Positions 52,072-64,000 of a stretch of 64,000 bases of DNA are shown piece by piece. The stretch's first letter is position 1; each line of letters opens with the position of its first letter. The position numbers and the translations under genes are program-made. A model generated the notes under the pieces. It searched no databases, was not told the DNA's origin, and saw only the letters and a list, made by a program, of their open reading frames with translations. The DNA comes from Eledone cirrhosa (Eukaryota): contig OZ024741.1 of assembly GCA_964016885.1 (NCBI GenBank), positions 189,968,001 through 190,032,000 of the forward strand. The letters are read 5' to 3'.

Positions 52072-53657
52072 AACACATACATGCACACATAGACACATAC
52101 AATGGTTAGCTGCCAAGCTTTTAGCTACTGGTTTGCTCAGCTGCCAATATTTTAATAACCGGTTTGCTGTGCTGAAAAAATGTTAACTACCAATTTTGTT
52201 TAAAATATTTTAAATTCAGCAATAAGATATGGCTTCATTAGAGTATCTCTTCATTAATATATTAATTAGAATAGAGTAAAGACAGGATGCCAGGAAACTG
52301 GTGATGGTCTACCCCAGGTGGGGTGGGTGATATTGGTCAATATAAAGTTTAGAAAATTGCTAAAGCTGTTTATTTGTCATGAAGATTATAGAATATACTT
52401 TCATCACTTTGACCCTTTCATTTGAAAATGAGGAAATTAGAGCTAAAATCAAATTTGAGGGATTTTTTATGGGAGCAGAAGATCAAGCAAAAGGAGTAGT
52501 GCAAAAAAATGACAAGTCAAGGATCTGAAATGAAAGAAGGAAAATGTAAAAAAGTTGGATCGATGAGGAGATAGATACCGTCCTTCACAAAAACACAAAA
52601 GAGATATACAGTTTAGGTAACAAGTTTAACCCTTTAGCTTTTACATTAGTCTATATTAATTATTGTATTTTCACAGAAAACACTTTATTTCAAATAATTA
52701 TCTCACATAATATCAAATCTGCAAGATCTTGATATTATTTATTTTGAAAGCAATACCTTAACATAAGTATGAGCAGCCAGTTACAGCTGGTTTGAACAGA
52801 AAAGGTAAGAGAATTTTGGCCGGATATGGCCGGTTTAAATGTTGAGTAGACAATCACGATATATCAAATCACCACATATAGAGCTACAGTTTTGATGATA
52901 GAAGTTAAAGTATTGTGCAGAGGAAGGAATGGAAATGCAGGCAAAAATGTAGGAAAATATATGTAAACACACAATTACATAGACACATATATCATCATCA
53001 TTGTTACATTGACCTTTCCATGTTGGCATTAGCTTGATGGGACTTTTTGAGACAATGTCTTACAGCCGGATGCCCTTCCTGTCACTAACCCTTTTAGTTG
53101 CTTCTTATGACATACAAGGTTACAGTGTACCTGTTCTAAACTGGATACACAGTTTAGAATTGGTACAGATACATTTCATTAGTATCATTACAAGAACTTT
53201 ATAAATCTTCCAAACATATGAAATTTTAAAATTTTACATTGCAAACAAAGGGATTAACTTTCACTTCAAATAAATAAAAGGCCAACTGAAGTTTTACAGT
53301 GCTGGGTACATGGAGAGATATAACACTATGATGTGAATGACATCATAGTGTTTTGCACTGTCCAGCAAAAAGTTTACTGGTTCTCATTTTGAAAAAGGTT
53401 GTTAATAACTTGTTCCTTTGCAGAACCAGTTCCTGCTCACCACTGTGTGTGATGTATAATATATATATATATATATTTATTTATTCAGATGAGTAATGTG
53501 ATGTGGCAGCAGTGGTGGTGGTGGTGGTGTAGTGAGTAGAAGAGGTCATGCCTTACTTTTGCCACTGATAATTGGATATAACATATGGTGCTATGCACAT
53601 ACAGATATTCATTCTCACACACACACACATAATTGTGTGTGTGCGTGTATATATATA

Positions 53658-54546
53658 CAGGGTGCGGACGATATTTGTTCGCAATTTTCAACTGCTAATT
53701 TTATGCAAATTTTTTTTACTTCCGTTGTCACTCTTGTCTTCATAAAAACAGTGACTATATTTCCATTATTTATTTCCAGAATAATTGATTATGAATAATT
53801 TTGAACCTCCAAATTTGTGGAAGTGACACGGAGTTCTTCTTGGAATCCGCGCCGGGAGGACAAATAAGGAAATTTCAGACTTTTTCAGCATCAGCAGGAG
53901 AATGGTGGAAAAGGTCAGAAAGGAATTGGAAGATTCAGGATTCGACTACGAAGCAACATCAGAGAGGAAAACACATGATCGACGATCTGACGCCTCCAGA
54001 ACGCCCGAGTTCTTCCCTGAGGGCCTCAAGCTGAACACCGATGGCTACATCTGCGTTCTGAGCGAGGTAGTAAAGCCCTGGATCGACCAGGTAGCTGCAG
54101 GTAAGCCGTACATGTGGCAGCAAGACTCAGCGCCCTGCCATACCAGCCGAAAGACCCAAGCCTGGCTGTCAGGGAACTTCATCGACCACACTTCACCTGA
54201 CATCTGGCCTCCCAGCTCGCCTAACTGCAACTTCCTCGATTTCTTTGTGTGGGGCGCAGTGGAATGAGACACCAACAGATCTAGCTGCAATACGAAAGAC
54301 GATCTGAAAGCCAGGATCACGGATCACAAGTGCCTTTAGGGGTCTAAATCAGGGGACAGTGACAAAGGCCTGTAGCCGGTTCCGAGGCCGTCATCAAAGC
54401 CAATGGCGGGTTTATCGAGTGAGATCGAAGGAACAAGTCATGAAGACAAGCTGACTCAAGTTTGATAAATATATCTTACAAAATAAAACTACTGTGTTAT
54501 TTTTTCCTAGACATTAATCTTGCGAACAAATATCGTCCGTACCCTG
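53658..54546 (+). mobile_element. Tc1/mariner-superfamily DD37D (maT) transposon, internally deleted
   Basis: 27-nt TIRs cagggtgcggacgatatttgttcgcaa / ttgcgaacaaatatcgtccgtaccctg; TA on the left; transposase QQDSAPCH..WPPSSPNCNFLD with 37 residues between the last two Asp. Confidence 0.93.
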
Positions 54547-54602
54547 TGTATATATATCACAGAAAAAAAGAGAATCAGTGTTGCGATGAATAGAGTTTAT
54601 TG

Positions 54603-54698
54603 GACATATTACAATCATTTCTCTGGCGACTAGCTCGAGGCACAATCAATGTGATGATCGAACCTGACTCTGAAAATCGCAAGGTCCTCAGATACGTC
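54603..54698 (-). ncRNA. Type I hammerhead motif with enlarged stem II domain
   Basis: Minus: gacgtat-CTGAGGA-c cttgcgatt..agtcgccag a-GAAA-tgatt-GTA-atatgtc followed by caataaa. Confidence 0.6.
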
Positions 54699-54796
54699 TT
54701 GATTCTACGAAGCAGATTTTCCATACTCTGCTCTATGAGAGTATCGAGTGCTTATACGGCCTACCGCATACAGACGCTTTAAGCATCTAACACCAA

Positions 54797-54839
<43 letters not shown>

Positions 54840-55359
54840 CATATCTCATCATCACAATATAACGTCCATTTTCCCATGCTAGCATGAGTTAGACGAGTTA
54901 TCTCTGTGAGACAAGTCATATCAGATGACCATGTTTTGCTCATACAGAACTGATATTGGCTTGGTTTCTATGGCTGGATGCTCTTCCTAACACCAACCAC
55001 ATTTACAGTGTGTTCTGGGTGCTATTTTTCGTGGCACCAAAACAACCACTTTACAATGTGAACTAGGCATTTTTTGTCATGGCACCAAAACAAAAATATG
55101 CCATACACAACCACTTTTATTGGTGGTTTTCTCTTTATTGTGTGTAGCAGATGATAAAATACTAAAACAGACCATGCATTGTATGTCTCATAATTCTTTC
55201 ACTATGTAAAGTGGTAGAGATGGTGCCATGAAAAAGTGGACCCTGTATGGTTGGCATTAGGAAAGACATCCAGCTATAGAAAACATGCCAAACATGTAAT
55301 ATATGAGCAAGATGGATCGATACAACTTATCTGGTTTCAAACCATAACAACCTGTAGAT

Positions 55360-55674
55360 CAGGGGCGTGCAACAGGTGGCCCACGGGCCACAATCCAGCC
55401 TGCCAGACCAGTCAGAGTGGTCCGCAATGACCATTTTAAATTTTTACCTTGTAAGCTTAACTAGAATTTTTTCATAACCGTAATAGAATTTTCTGTTAGT
55501 TGCCCTACTAAAGGGCTTCACTCATAGGGTTATGTGTGTTATAATTTCCCAGTTCCATGTTATGGAAAGAAGTTGTGGTTTTCATTAGATTACATATTTT
55601 TGACAGTGACTGGCCCTAATAGTTGTTCCAATGTTCCAATGTGGCCCGCCAAGAGAATATGTTGCACACCCCTG
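55360..55674. mobile_element. hAT (Charlie/Buster-like) MITE
   Basis: TIRs caggggcgtgcaac / gttgcacacccctg; 8-nt TSD ctgtagat / ctgtagag. Confidence 0.85.
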
Positions 55675-55689
55675 CTGTAGAGTGTTAAC

Positions 55690-56335
55690 AATTGATCAAG
55701 ACAAAAGAACTAAAGAATAAGTTCTGACTATGGAAACAGAATTTACAATCAAAAGAGCTGAAAGTAAACTTAGAAAAAACTAAGTGTTGGTAAGCAAGAA
55801 AGAAGACAGACCCTGATCAGGAATTGGCCCTGCTCACTATGCAGAAAAGGAATACACAAAAACTCTATACAATGTATAAATTGCAAATTTTGGGTACACC
55901 AGAGGTGTAGTGGTATAGTAAGTAAACTAACAGGAAAGGAAGTCTTCATATGTAGATGCACAATGGTAATTGATGGGAAGAGCATCAGTCATATAAACCT
56001 TTTCCAATCACATGAAGCATCCATAGAAGTGGTTGATAGCTTCTACTGCCTATGTGACCTAATTAGCCATGGAGGCAGGTGCTCCAAGAACATAATAATT
56101 AGAATAAGGATAGGGTGGAAGAAGTTTCAAGAGCTACTCCTCTTGACAACAAAAGGTTTCTACCTACATATGAAAGTACGGCTGTATGACATCTATGTGT
56201 AAAGTGTGATACTGCATGGTAGTGAAAAATGGGCTGTGACTGCAAAGGTCATATGTAAGTTGAAGAGAAATGAAGCAGCCATGCTTTATTGGATATGCAA
56301 TGTAAATGTGAAAGAATAACAGAACTTGGATGAAC
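55690..56335 (+). mobile_element. RTE LINE RT fragment
   Basis: WPCSLCRKG, FWVHQRCSGI, IEVVDSF, RIRIGWKKF. Confidence 0.85.
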
Positions 56336-56490
56336 AGCCGACCCCAGGCTTTCTATTCAGAGTTTTCCATCTAGATAAATTGCCAGCCAAAGCTAAAGAG
56401 CAACTATCTACCCGGTACGTGAACTACCATGTGCCAGAGAACCAGGTGCTTTAACTCTGCGTATATATAAATATACATACACACACATGT

Positions 56491-59480
56491 ACATCATCAT
56501 CATCATCATTTTACATCTGCTTCTCCCTGCTTGCAAGGGTAAGACGGGTCCTCTTCAGCACAGCATCTCTCCATTCGTCACGGTCCCTTGTCATCTCCTC
56601 TGCGAGCTTCAGTGATCTGAGGTCAGCTCTCACCACCTCCATCTATGATTTCCTTCCTCTATTGTGTCTTCCTTCCACCTGGATTTCTCGGCACTTCTTC
56701 ACCCAGCAGTCATCTCCCATGTGCATCACATGTCCATACCAATGCAGTCTTCTTTCCCGCACACTACAGTTTATCCTTCTTATACACAGTTTCACTCTCA
56801 ACTCGTCTATGCTTGGTCATTCACACACATTGACCTTGCACATTCATCGGAACATGCTTGCTTCATTTCTCTCCAGCCATCGCATACCCTTCGTAGTTGC
56901 TGCCCATGTCTCACTACCATGCATCATATAACCAACCTTTTGTTCGTAGGGAGAAACCCTTCGTTGTCAACAGAGGAAGCAGCTCCCTAAACTTCTTCCA
57001 TCCTGTCCTTATTCTAGATACTATGGCCTTGGAGCACCCTCCTCCCTTGCTAATCTGATCTTGTAGGTATTGGAAGCTGTCAACCACCTCTATAGATCCT
57101 ACCTGCATTGAAATATGTGTCTATCACTGACACTTCTACTATCAATTTTCCCTGAACATCTGCATATTAAGTTTTCCATACCCGTTAGTTTGCCTGCTAT
57201 CCCACTACGCCTCTTGTGTACCCAAGATCTGCATTGTGTACATTCTATAGAGTTTATGCCAACTCCTTTTCTACATATCAAACATGGCCATTTCCCTGAT
57301 GGAATCAGAGTTTTGCCCTCTTTCCTGCTTATCAACACTTTAGTCTTTGCTAAGTTCACTTTCAGTCCTCTTGATTCCCACTGCTGTTTCCATAGCCAGA
57401 ATTTATTCTCTAGCTCCTCTACTGATTCTGCTATAAGAACCAGATTGTCAGCATAGAGAAGTTCCCATGAGCAGCCAGTCTTAAACTGTTATGGCTTGGA
57501 GAATTATAATGAATAAGAGTGGGTTGGTGACTGAACCCTGATGCACTCCTACTTGTATCTGGAATTCCTCACTAAACTCCATTCCTACTCTCACTTTATT
57601 GACAGCACCTCTGTACATAGCTTGCACTGTCCTCACGAGCCATTCCTCTACACCTAGTTTTCTTAGCGACCACCAGATAACAGATTGGGGTACTCTATCA
57701 AAGTCTTCTCTAGGTCAACAAAGATAAATATACTGGCTTATTCTTTTCTAAGAACATCTCTTGTAGTTGTCTCTCTAAGAAGAGGGCATCTGTTGTACTT
57801 TTCCCAGGTACAAAACCAAACTGCATCTCATCTATGTGCTATCAGTCTTTCTGTCGCTTTCATAATCTGATCCATCAGTTTATACCCCTATAATTGCTCT
57901 TTTCCAGAGCATCCCCTTTACCTTTGTAGCAATTTACAAGAATACTGTTGCATCAGTCTTTGCATATGACTCTGCCATATATAGCTTGATTGCTTGATTG
58001 ACTATGCGTGCATCCAGTTTAGTTCCTACTTCTCCTGATGCCTTCAGCATCTCAGCAACTATCCCTGATGGTCCGGTGGCCTTACCACTTTTCATTTCCT
58101 TAATTGCCCCCTTGACCCTATAGTCGTCAATCTCAATAGCTGGTACCCCTGTCGGGTCTATTGGGAGTAGTTTCTCTCCCTCTCATTCATTCTCAACATT
58201 CATCAGTCTCTCATAATGACATTTTCAGGTCTCCTTTTTCTGATCATCAGTGACGCTAAGTGCACCAGCATCATTTTGGACACACTTATCTCCAACAACA
58301 TCCTGATTTACACTGACACACTGCCTCGCAATGTGGAACACTGCACGTCTCTGATCTTCCCGTCGCAGAACATTGGCAAACCTCCTACTCTCAGTTTCCC
58401 TGCGTGCTAAGTATACCTGACGTCTAGCCTCTCTTTTAGCAGCTGAGTATCAGTCTCTACTACTCCCATTTTGCCAATCCTTCCATGCTTGTCTTTTGTC
58501 TTTAATGGCTCTATCTACTATGCTGTTTCACCACCAAGTCACCTTCTGTCTGGTTGGAGCTTTGCTCCAGCAACAAGTCTCTTCAGTTGCTTGCATTAGG
58601 TTGTCACATAAGAACTTCCAGTTATCTTGTATATCTTACAATTCTAATTCGTCTTCTTTTTCGTCATAAATATAAATTTATGGTCCTTTAGCTTCCAGAC
58701 CTTCCTTTTCCATACCTTCCTGTGTGTCTCATTTTGTCTCTTGCTTAGGTTAGTTGTTAGTGACATCTCAATATGTTGGGGGTATATTCTTCCCCAGGGT
58801 ATGCCTTAGTATTCGTAACCATTTGTTTGTCTCGTTGCCTAACTAGCAAGAAGTCAATCTGGCTTATGTGCTCGCCTGATTGGTAGGTTATTAGGTGGCT
58901 GGTAGGTTTCTTGAAGTTAGTGTTGCAAATGGTTAGTTTACTTGCATCACAAAATTCAAGCCTCACTCCTTCATTTCTTGACCCATAACCATGACCACAA
59001 TGTACCCCAGAGTATCCATCCGAGAGCTGTCCCACAAGACCATTGAAGTCACCTGCTAGTATAACTAGGTCTCTGTCCTCTGTCACTATGGTTATCTCTA
59101 GAAGTTGTTTGTAAAAGCAATCTTTCTCTTCTTTACTTAGGCCAGCTTGGGGAGCATAGGTAGAGATAATTGTCAGCAGTTGTTGCCTACAACTAATCTA
59201 ATCTTAATGATTCTATTACTTACTCTAACTACCTCTATTGTCTTGTTGATCCACTTCTTGGCCAGTAAAATGCCTACCCCACCTAACCCATCATCATTTC
59301 CTATCCAGAGAAGCTTATAGCTAAGCTGTTTGCCTATGATTAGTCTTGCAGAGGCACCTCTCCATCTCACCTCTTGCACGCAGTACACATCAACATGTCT
59401 TCTCTCTAGCATCTCCACTATCTCACCAGATCTACCTGTCAGGTGCCTACATTAAGTGTGGCAACCCTGAGATGTGTCAT
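56491..59480 (-). mobile_element. Near full-length RTE LINE (APE endonuclease plus RT), pseudogenised
   Basis: VATLNV, CVQEVRWRG, YAPQAG, ILAGDFNG, QIDFLLVR, RT motifs, PHD-like finger, (cat)n tail at 56491; multiple stops and frameshifts. Confidence 0.95.
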
Positions 59481-59532
59481 CTTTCATTGATTTTTCCTTT
59501 TTTTCTGCAAAGAAAAATATTTAGAATCATTA

Positions 59533-59712
59533 TGGCAGTATCGGTAGAGAGTCGGACACCATGCTTTGAAGCATAGAGTTACGTCTCTTTATGATCTGAG
59601 TTCAAATCCCGCCGAGGTTAACTTTGCCTTTCATCCTTACGGGGTCGATAAAATAAAGTACCAGTAATGTACTGGGTAATTGCTGGCCTTGTGCCAAAAG
59701 TAGAAACAATTA
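59533..59712 (+). mobile_element. tRNA-derived SINE, family A
   Basis: Near-consensus copy. Confidence 0.88.
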
Positions 59713-59759
59713 TTATCATTATTGTTTTTGTTGTACAATATTATTATTTCCAGTTTTAC

Positions 59760-59793
<34 letters not shown>

Positions 59794-59874
59794 GTAGAAG
59801 GTGAATAATATTGTAGAACAATAAAACTATGCATATATCAGAAAAGTAGCACTCAACAGTTGGTAGAACTGGAG

Positions 59875-60202
59875 TATATATAAAGAAGAAATTAGAAGAT
59901 GGTTAAAGTTACACATATGTTATTATGCACATTTCGAAAACATCATCATCCTGGGACAAAAATTGTGTTCTCAACAGATAAAATAAGGTAACATGATATG
60001 AGACCTAAAAACACTTGTCAACAGGAAAGTGCAGAGTCTACATATATGTAGACTCTGCACTTTCCTGTTGACAAGTGTTTTTAGGCCTCATATTTTATTG
60101 ATGAGAACACAATTTTTGTCCCAGGATAATGTAGTTTTCGAAATGCGCATAATAAAATATATGGAACTTTAACCATCTTTTAATTTCTTCTTTATATATA
60201 TA
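59875..60202. repeat. Spacer-less palindrome with one hammerhead motif per arm
   Basis: Axis at 60044/60045; perfect 41-bp inner arms; motifs at 59915-59985(-) and 60090-60160(+). Confidence 0.9.
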
Positions 60203-60436
60203 TACATATGTGCACATAGTCACACACACATGAAGATACATAGTATATACATATGTACACATGAATTACTTCACCCTTTAACAGTTTTTGTTTTTCATCC
60301 TGCAGGATGTCCCAAAATCGACCTTCTCACTGGGCAAGTGTGGTAGAGTTGCTGGTTTAGTCACTGACAACCCGACAATGCAATATGTTACTGGTAGTGC
60401 TCAAGAGGGACCTACACACACAGTATATATATCTTC

Positions 60437-60585
60437 ATATAGAAATAACTTTACAAGACTAGAACTCTTTCATTTGTTTGAAATCATTGAAAATAATATT
60501 GGCCAACTTGACCAATATTTTCTGATATTTCTGATGATTGCAAACGAATGAAACTGTTCTAGTCCTGTATAAGTCATTTCTATAT
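60437..60585. mobile_element. Palindromic hammerhead mini-element (37.7 kb family)
   Basis: CTGATGA ttgcaaacgaat GAAA ctgttctagtcctg TA at 60531-60569, with an inverted copy in the left arm. Confidence 0.65.
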
Positions 60586-60918
60586 GAAATATCTATATAC
60601 CTTATATATTATCGTCATCATCACTGTTTAATGTCCATTTTCTATGCTAGCATGAGCTTGATGAGTTGTCCCGCTGTGATTCAAGCCAGGTCAGGTGACC
60701 ATGTCTTGCTCATACAGAAGTTATTTGGGGTTGGTTTCTACAGCTAGAAGCTCTTCTTCATGCCAACCACATCTACAGTGTGGGCTATATCATCATCATC
60801 ATCATCATCATCATCATTTTACGTCCACTTTTCCCTGAGAGAAGTAGTCAAACATCAACTGAATGAGCACTCATCATATAAACAGATTTGAAATTTTTGG
60901 CCATAATGAGCCTCTCCA

Positions 60919-60964
60919 GGCAGTCTGAAGAGACTAATTCAACCAAAACTTAGAAGTCACTGCC
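60919..60964 (+). ncRNA. Decayed type I hammerhead motif
   Basis: ggcagt-CTGAAGA-gactaattcaacc-aAAA-cttagaa-GTC-actgcc: perfect 6-bp stem I; G12 mutated to A. Confidence 0.62.
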
Positions 60965-63049
60965 CTATATATTATTCCATGTCCGGTCTACAGTGTTGGA
61001 GTAAACAACAACATGTGTCTAACTTTCCCCTCTCCCTTAAGATAAATTATACAATATTTTAGCAGAAAAAAAACAGCCGTTTAATGTTGATGACGATGGA
61101 TCCTTCTCAAATGTTAAATTGAAATGCTAATGGTTTCTTAGTTTTTAATTTCTCCCATATGGATTTCTCTAATATCTAATAAACATGACACTGGTGCATG
61201 CTGACAGGAAATGTGATTGTAGGCAGACTATAGGAAATATAACTGTGTGTGAAGGACACAGGAAAATATAAGTTATAGACTGGTATAAAATCTCTCTCTC
61301 ACACACACACATCATTTCATCATATACCATGTTTCCTGCTATATGTGCGTATATGGCATAGTATGTGTGTGGCATAGGGTATGTATGTGAGTGTATGACA
61401 TAGTGTGTGTGTGTGTGAGCATGTGTTATGGTTTGTGAGTGTGTCCTCTCAAACAAAAAAAAAACATTATTTAATGTCATGACCGCATATATAATATATT
61501 CACTTAGATTCTGTTATGCGGTATCATTTGTCAAAGGAAATAAACTGAAAATTTTAAATTTAAATTTACATAAGTTGAAAAATATTGTTTTTAAATATTT
61601 ACTTTTACTTCTCATAAACTATTTTCTACTTGCAACATAGCAACATATGATCTACCTGTGACATAGTAGCATAATGTTTACCTGTGACAAAACAACATTT
61701 TAATTGTTGTTGGCATTTAACCCCAGGTCAACCCTGATCCAGCAGACCTGTGATCAAAAGTGTTCCATTTATGACCATTCTCTTTTTTATTCAGACATAG
61801 CATACCTAGGGCTACATTATGAGTTGAGCGAAAGTTGGATTATCAGGTTTAGAACTGAGTCGGGCTAAAGGTGGATTATCAGGTTTAGTACTATTGGTAA
61901 TTAACTATAAGTACCAATATATGACAGGTCTTATTTCATGAACAGCAGACGGTATAAAAAACAAAGGCAATGAACTTCAGCAGAATTTGAACTTAGAATA
62001 GAAAGGAAGATAACTAAATGGCACAAGACATTCTACCATTTTTGGCACAACACTGCTCTTTCTCACACTCTTGATTAATTAATTAAATTGATTATAAAAT
62101 CTTCCACCATTGGAAGTTGATTGTTATAGTATCTATTTGACTCTCATTCCAAAAACCCAGTTGTAAAACCAGGTTGTGTGTGTGTTTATGTGTTTATGTT
62201 TAGTTTTTGGCATTTGTTTTACATATGTAATAAATCTCTTCTTGGAAATTTCTCAACATCAATTCTCAATCAATCATTCATTTTTTGAAAAATATTTATA
62301 CATCTATATGTTTTCATATTTACATATTTTCATTGATATATAATTTTATTACCATTGTCAGTTTATGTACCCTTTCCATGCTGGCATGGTCTGTGTGGGG
62401 CTTTACAGTCTGAGACAGTTATTATTCAGCAATATTGCCCTCCTAGAGGAATCGGAGGATCATATCTTCCACATATGTTCTATTTTTTTTTTTTATATTT
62501 GTTTAAATTTTCACACAGCATATAAACTATAGTCATACCTACATTAAATTCATCTTATATGTTACTCTGAAAATTTGGAAATGTGAGAATCCCAAATGCA
62601 GAAAATAACTGTATTAACAATCGATCACTATAGATAATAGCTGAGAAAACCGAGTAAGCTACCTCTAGAGATGGAAGACAATGGCTTGAGGTGCCTATAA
62701 GGAATCAAACTTATACTATGTAAATTGTTAATACAACTATTTGCTGTTATGGGAAATGATTAATGGTTGTTTGGCAGAATTGTTAGAGCTTCAGGGGAAA
62801 ATGCTTTGTGATGTTTGTTCCAGCTGCTTAAGTTCTGCATTCAATCCCACCAATGTCAACTTTGCGTTCCTGGTTAATAAAATAAAGTACCAATCAAGCA
62901 CTGACATCAGTGTAATCAACTTATCCCTCTCCTGAAAAATTACTGGCCTTGTGCCTTAATTAAAAACCATAATTATTATTACTATCGCTTGCTCTGATCA
63001 ATCAAGATCCCAGACTTCATTTGCTTGCCGAGTGTGGTGGACCTCATCA

Positions 63050-63225
63050 TATCGGACCAAGGAAACAATGTTTCCATTGGTCTTTCTATTGCTGATACTA
63101 TCAACTGGTCGCAATGTGAAATAAAGTGTCTTGCTCAGGGACACAACATATCACCCAGTCTGAGAATTGAACTCGCAACCTCATGATTGCGAATCCAACT
63201 CTCTAACCACTAAGCCACTCACCTT
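63050..63225 (-). mobile_element. tRNA-derived CORE-type SINE (family C)
   Basis: Reverse complement of the 20925 element; anticodon region ttcgcaa is Arg-like. Confidence 0.8.
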
Positions 63226-63745
63226 CAAATTACTATAATCATTCTTAATATTATTATTTTTATTTTCATTTCTCGGTGCAGACAGACCCATTTCACTAAG
63301 CTCGTCTTATCTTGCAGGTGTGTACTATGTCTCTGTTTGCACAAATATGTATGTATGCATGTGGACATTTTCTTTTATTATGTATGTTTGTATGTGTCAT
63401 AATCATCATCATCATCATCATCATTGGGTATCTGTTTTCCCTGCTAGCTAAGGTTGGGCGGGAATGTATATGTGTGTGTGGCTTTGTGTTCATGTGTGTG
63501 TGTGTGTGTATATTTCCTTGATATTTTTACTACAAGAGTAAGAGAGACCCATTTCATGTGTTTTAATAATAGAAAGCCCTAATCATATCATACACATACA
63601 CAACAGGCTCCATGATGCCAAGCCTTATCTTTTAGGTAGGGTACTTATTCCACTGATCTTCACTCCTCAAACAACTAAGCTGCAGGACATATTGCTTATG
63701 TGGGACATAAAAAAACACCACAATTTTGAACTGTATTAACATGAA

Positions 63746-63792
<47 letters not shown>

Positions 63793-64000
63793 TCAGTAGA
63801 CTTCCATTCAGTTTCTGTCTACTAAATTTTCCTCTCAAAGCTGTAGTAAAAGACATTTTCTCAAGGTGTAAAATCACAGTGGAATTGAACCTGAAACTAT
63901 GTGGGTGCAAAGCAAACTTCTTAACCAAACAATATGACTGAAAAGAAATATAGGAGGGTCATGGTTGGAATACCTTTGATCATATTTGACTGCTCAGTCA

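Noticed and set aside
52100-53445. hAT-like element with caatggttagc / gctcaccactg ends
   Set aside because: TIR match is short and no 8-nt TSD was found
56491-59480. Active LINE
   Set aside because: Many stops and frameshifts; no intact ORF
60306-60420. Exon after a strong acceptor ttttcatcctgcag
   Set aside because: No convincing GT donor or recognisable peptide; it lies between repeat elements and may itself be a dispersed repeat (unverified)

Overview
AT-rich, CpG-depleted animal genomic DNA with no prokaryotic features. The repeat content resembles coleoid cephalopod (octopus-like) genomes; this is an inference from tRNA-Arg-like CORE SINEs, RTE-tailed SINEs and dense (TA)n/(CA)n/(CAT)n tracts. 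Almost all ORFs in the track are decayed LINE fragments or microsatellite artefacts. Supported elements: many RTE LINE copies (one near full length at 56.5-59.5 kb, with a PHD-like finger inside the RT region), a CR1-like fragment, BovB-like fragments, two non-autonomous Helitrons, an internally deleted DD37D (maT) transposon, hAT, Tigger and piggyBac-like MITEs, several SINE families, a 4 kb 19-nt minisatellite, and 151-nt and 48-nt tandem repeats. A CpG-retaining segment at about 30.3-33.9 kb looks like a possibly bidirectional promoter with a candidate first exon, but no host gene can be named. The most notable signal is a set of about ten type I hammerhead-ribozyme motifs from unrelated sequence families. 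Two have fully intact cores (37.75 kb +, 50.95 kb -), and several sit in foldback structures. They are consistent with Penelope pLTR or retrozyme-like mini-elements.
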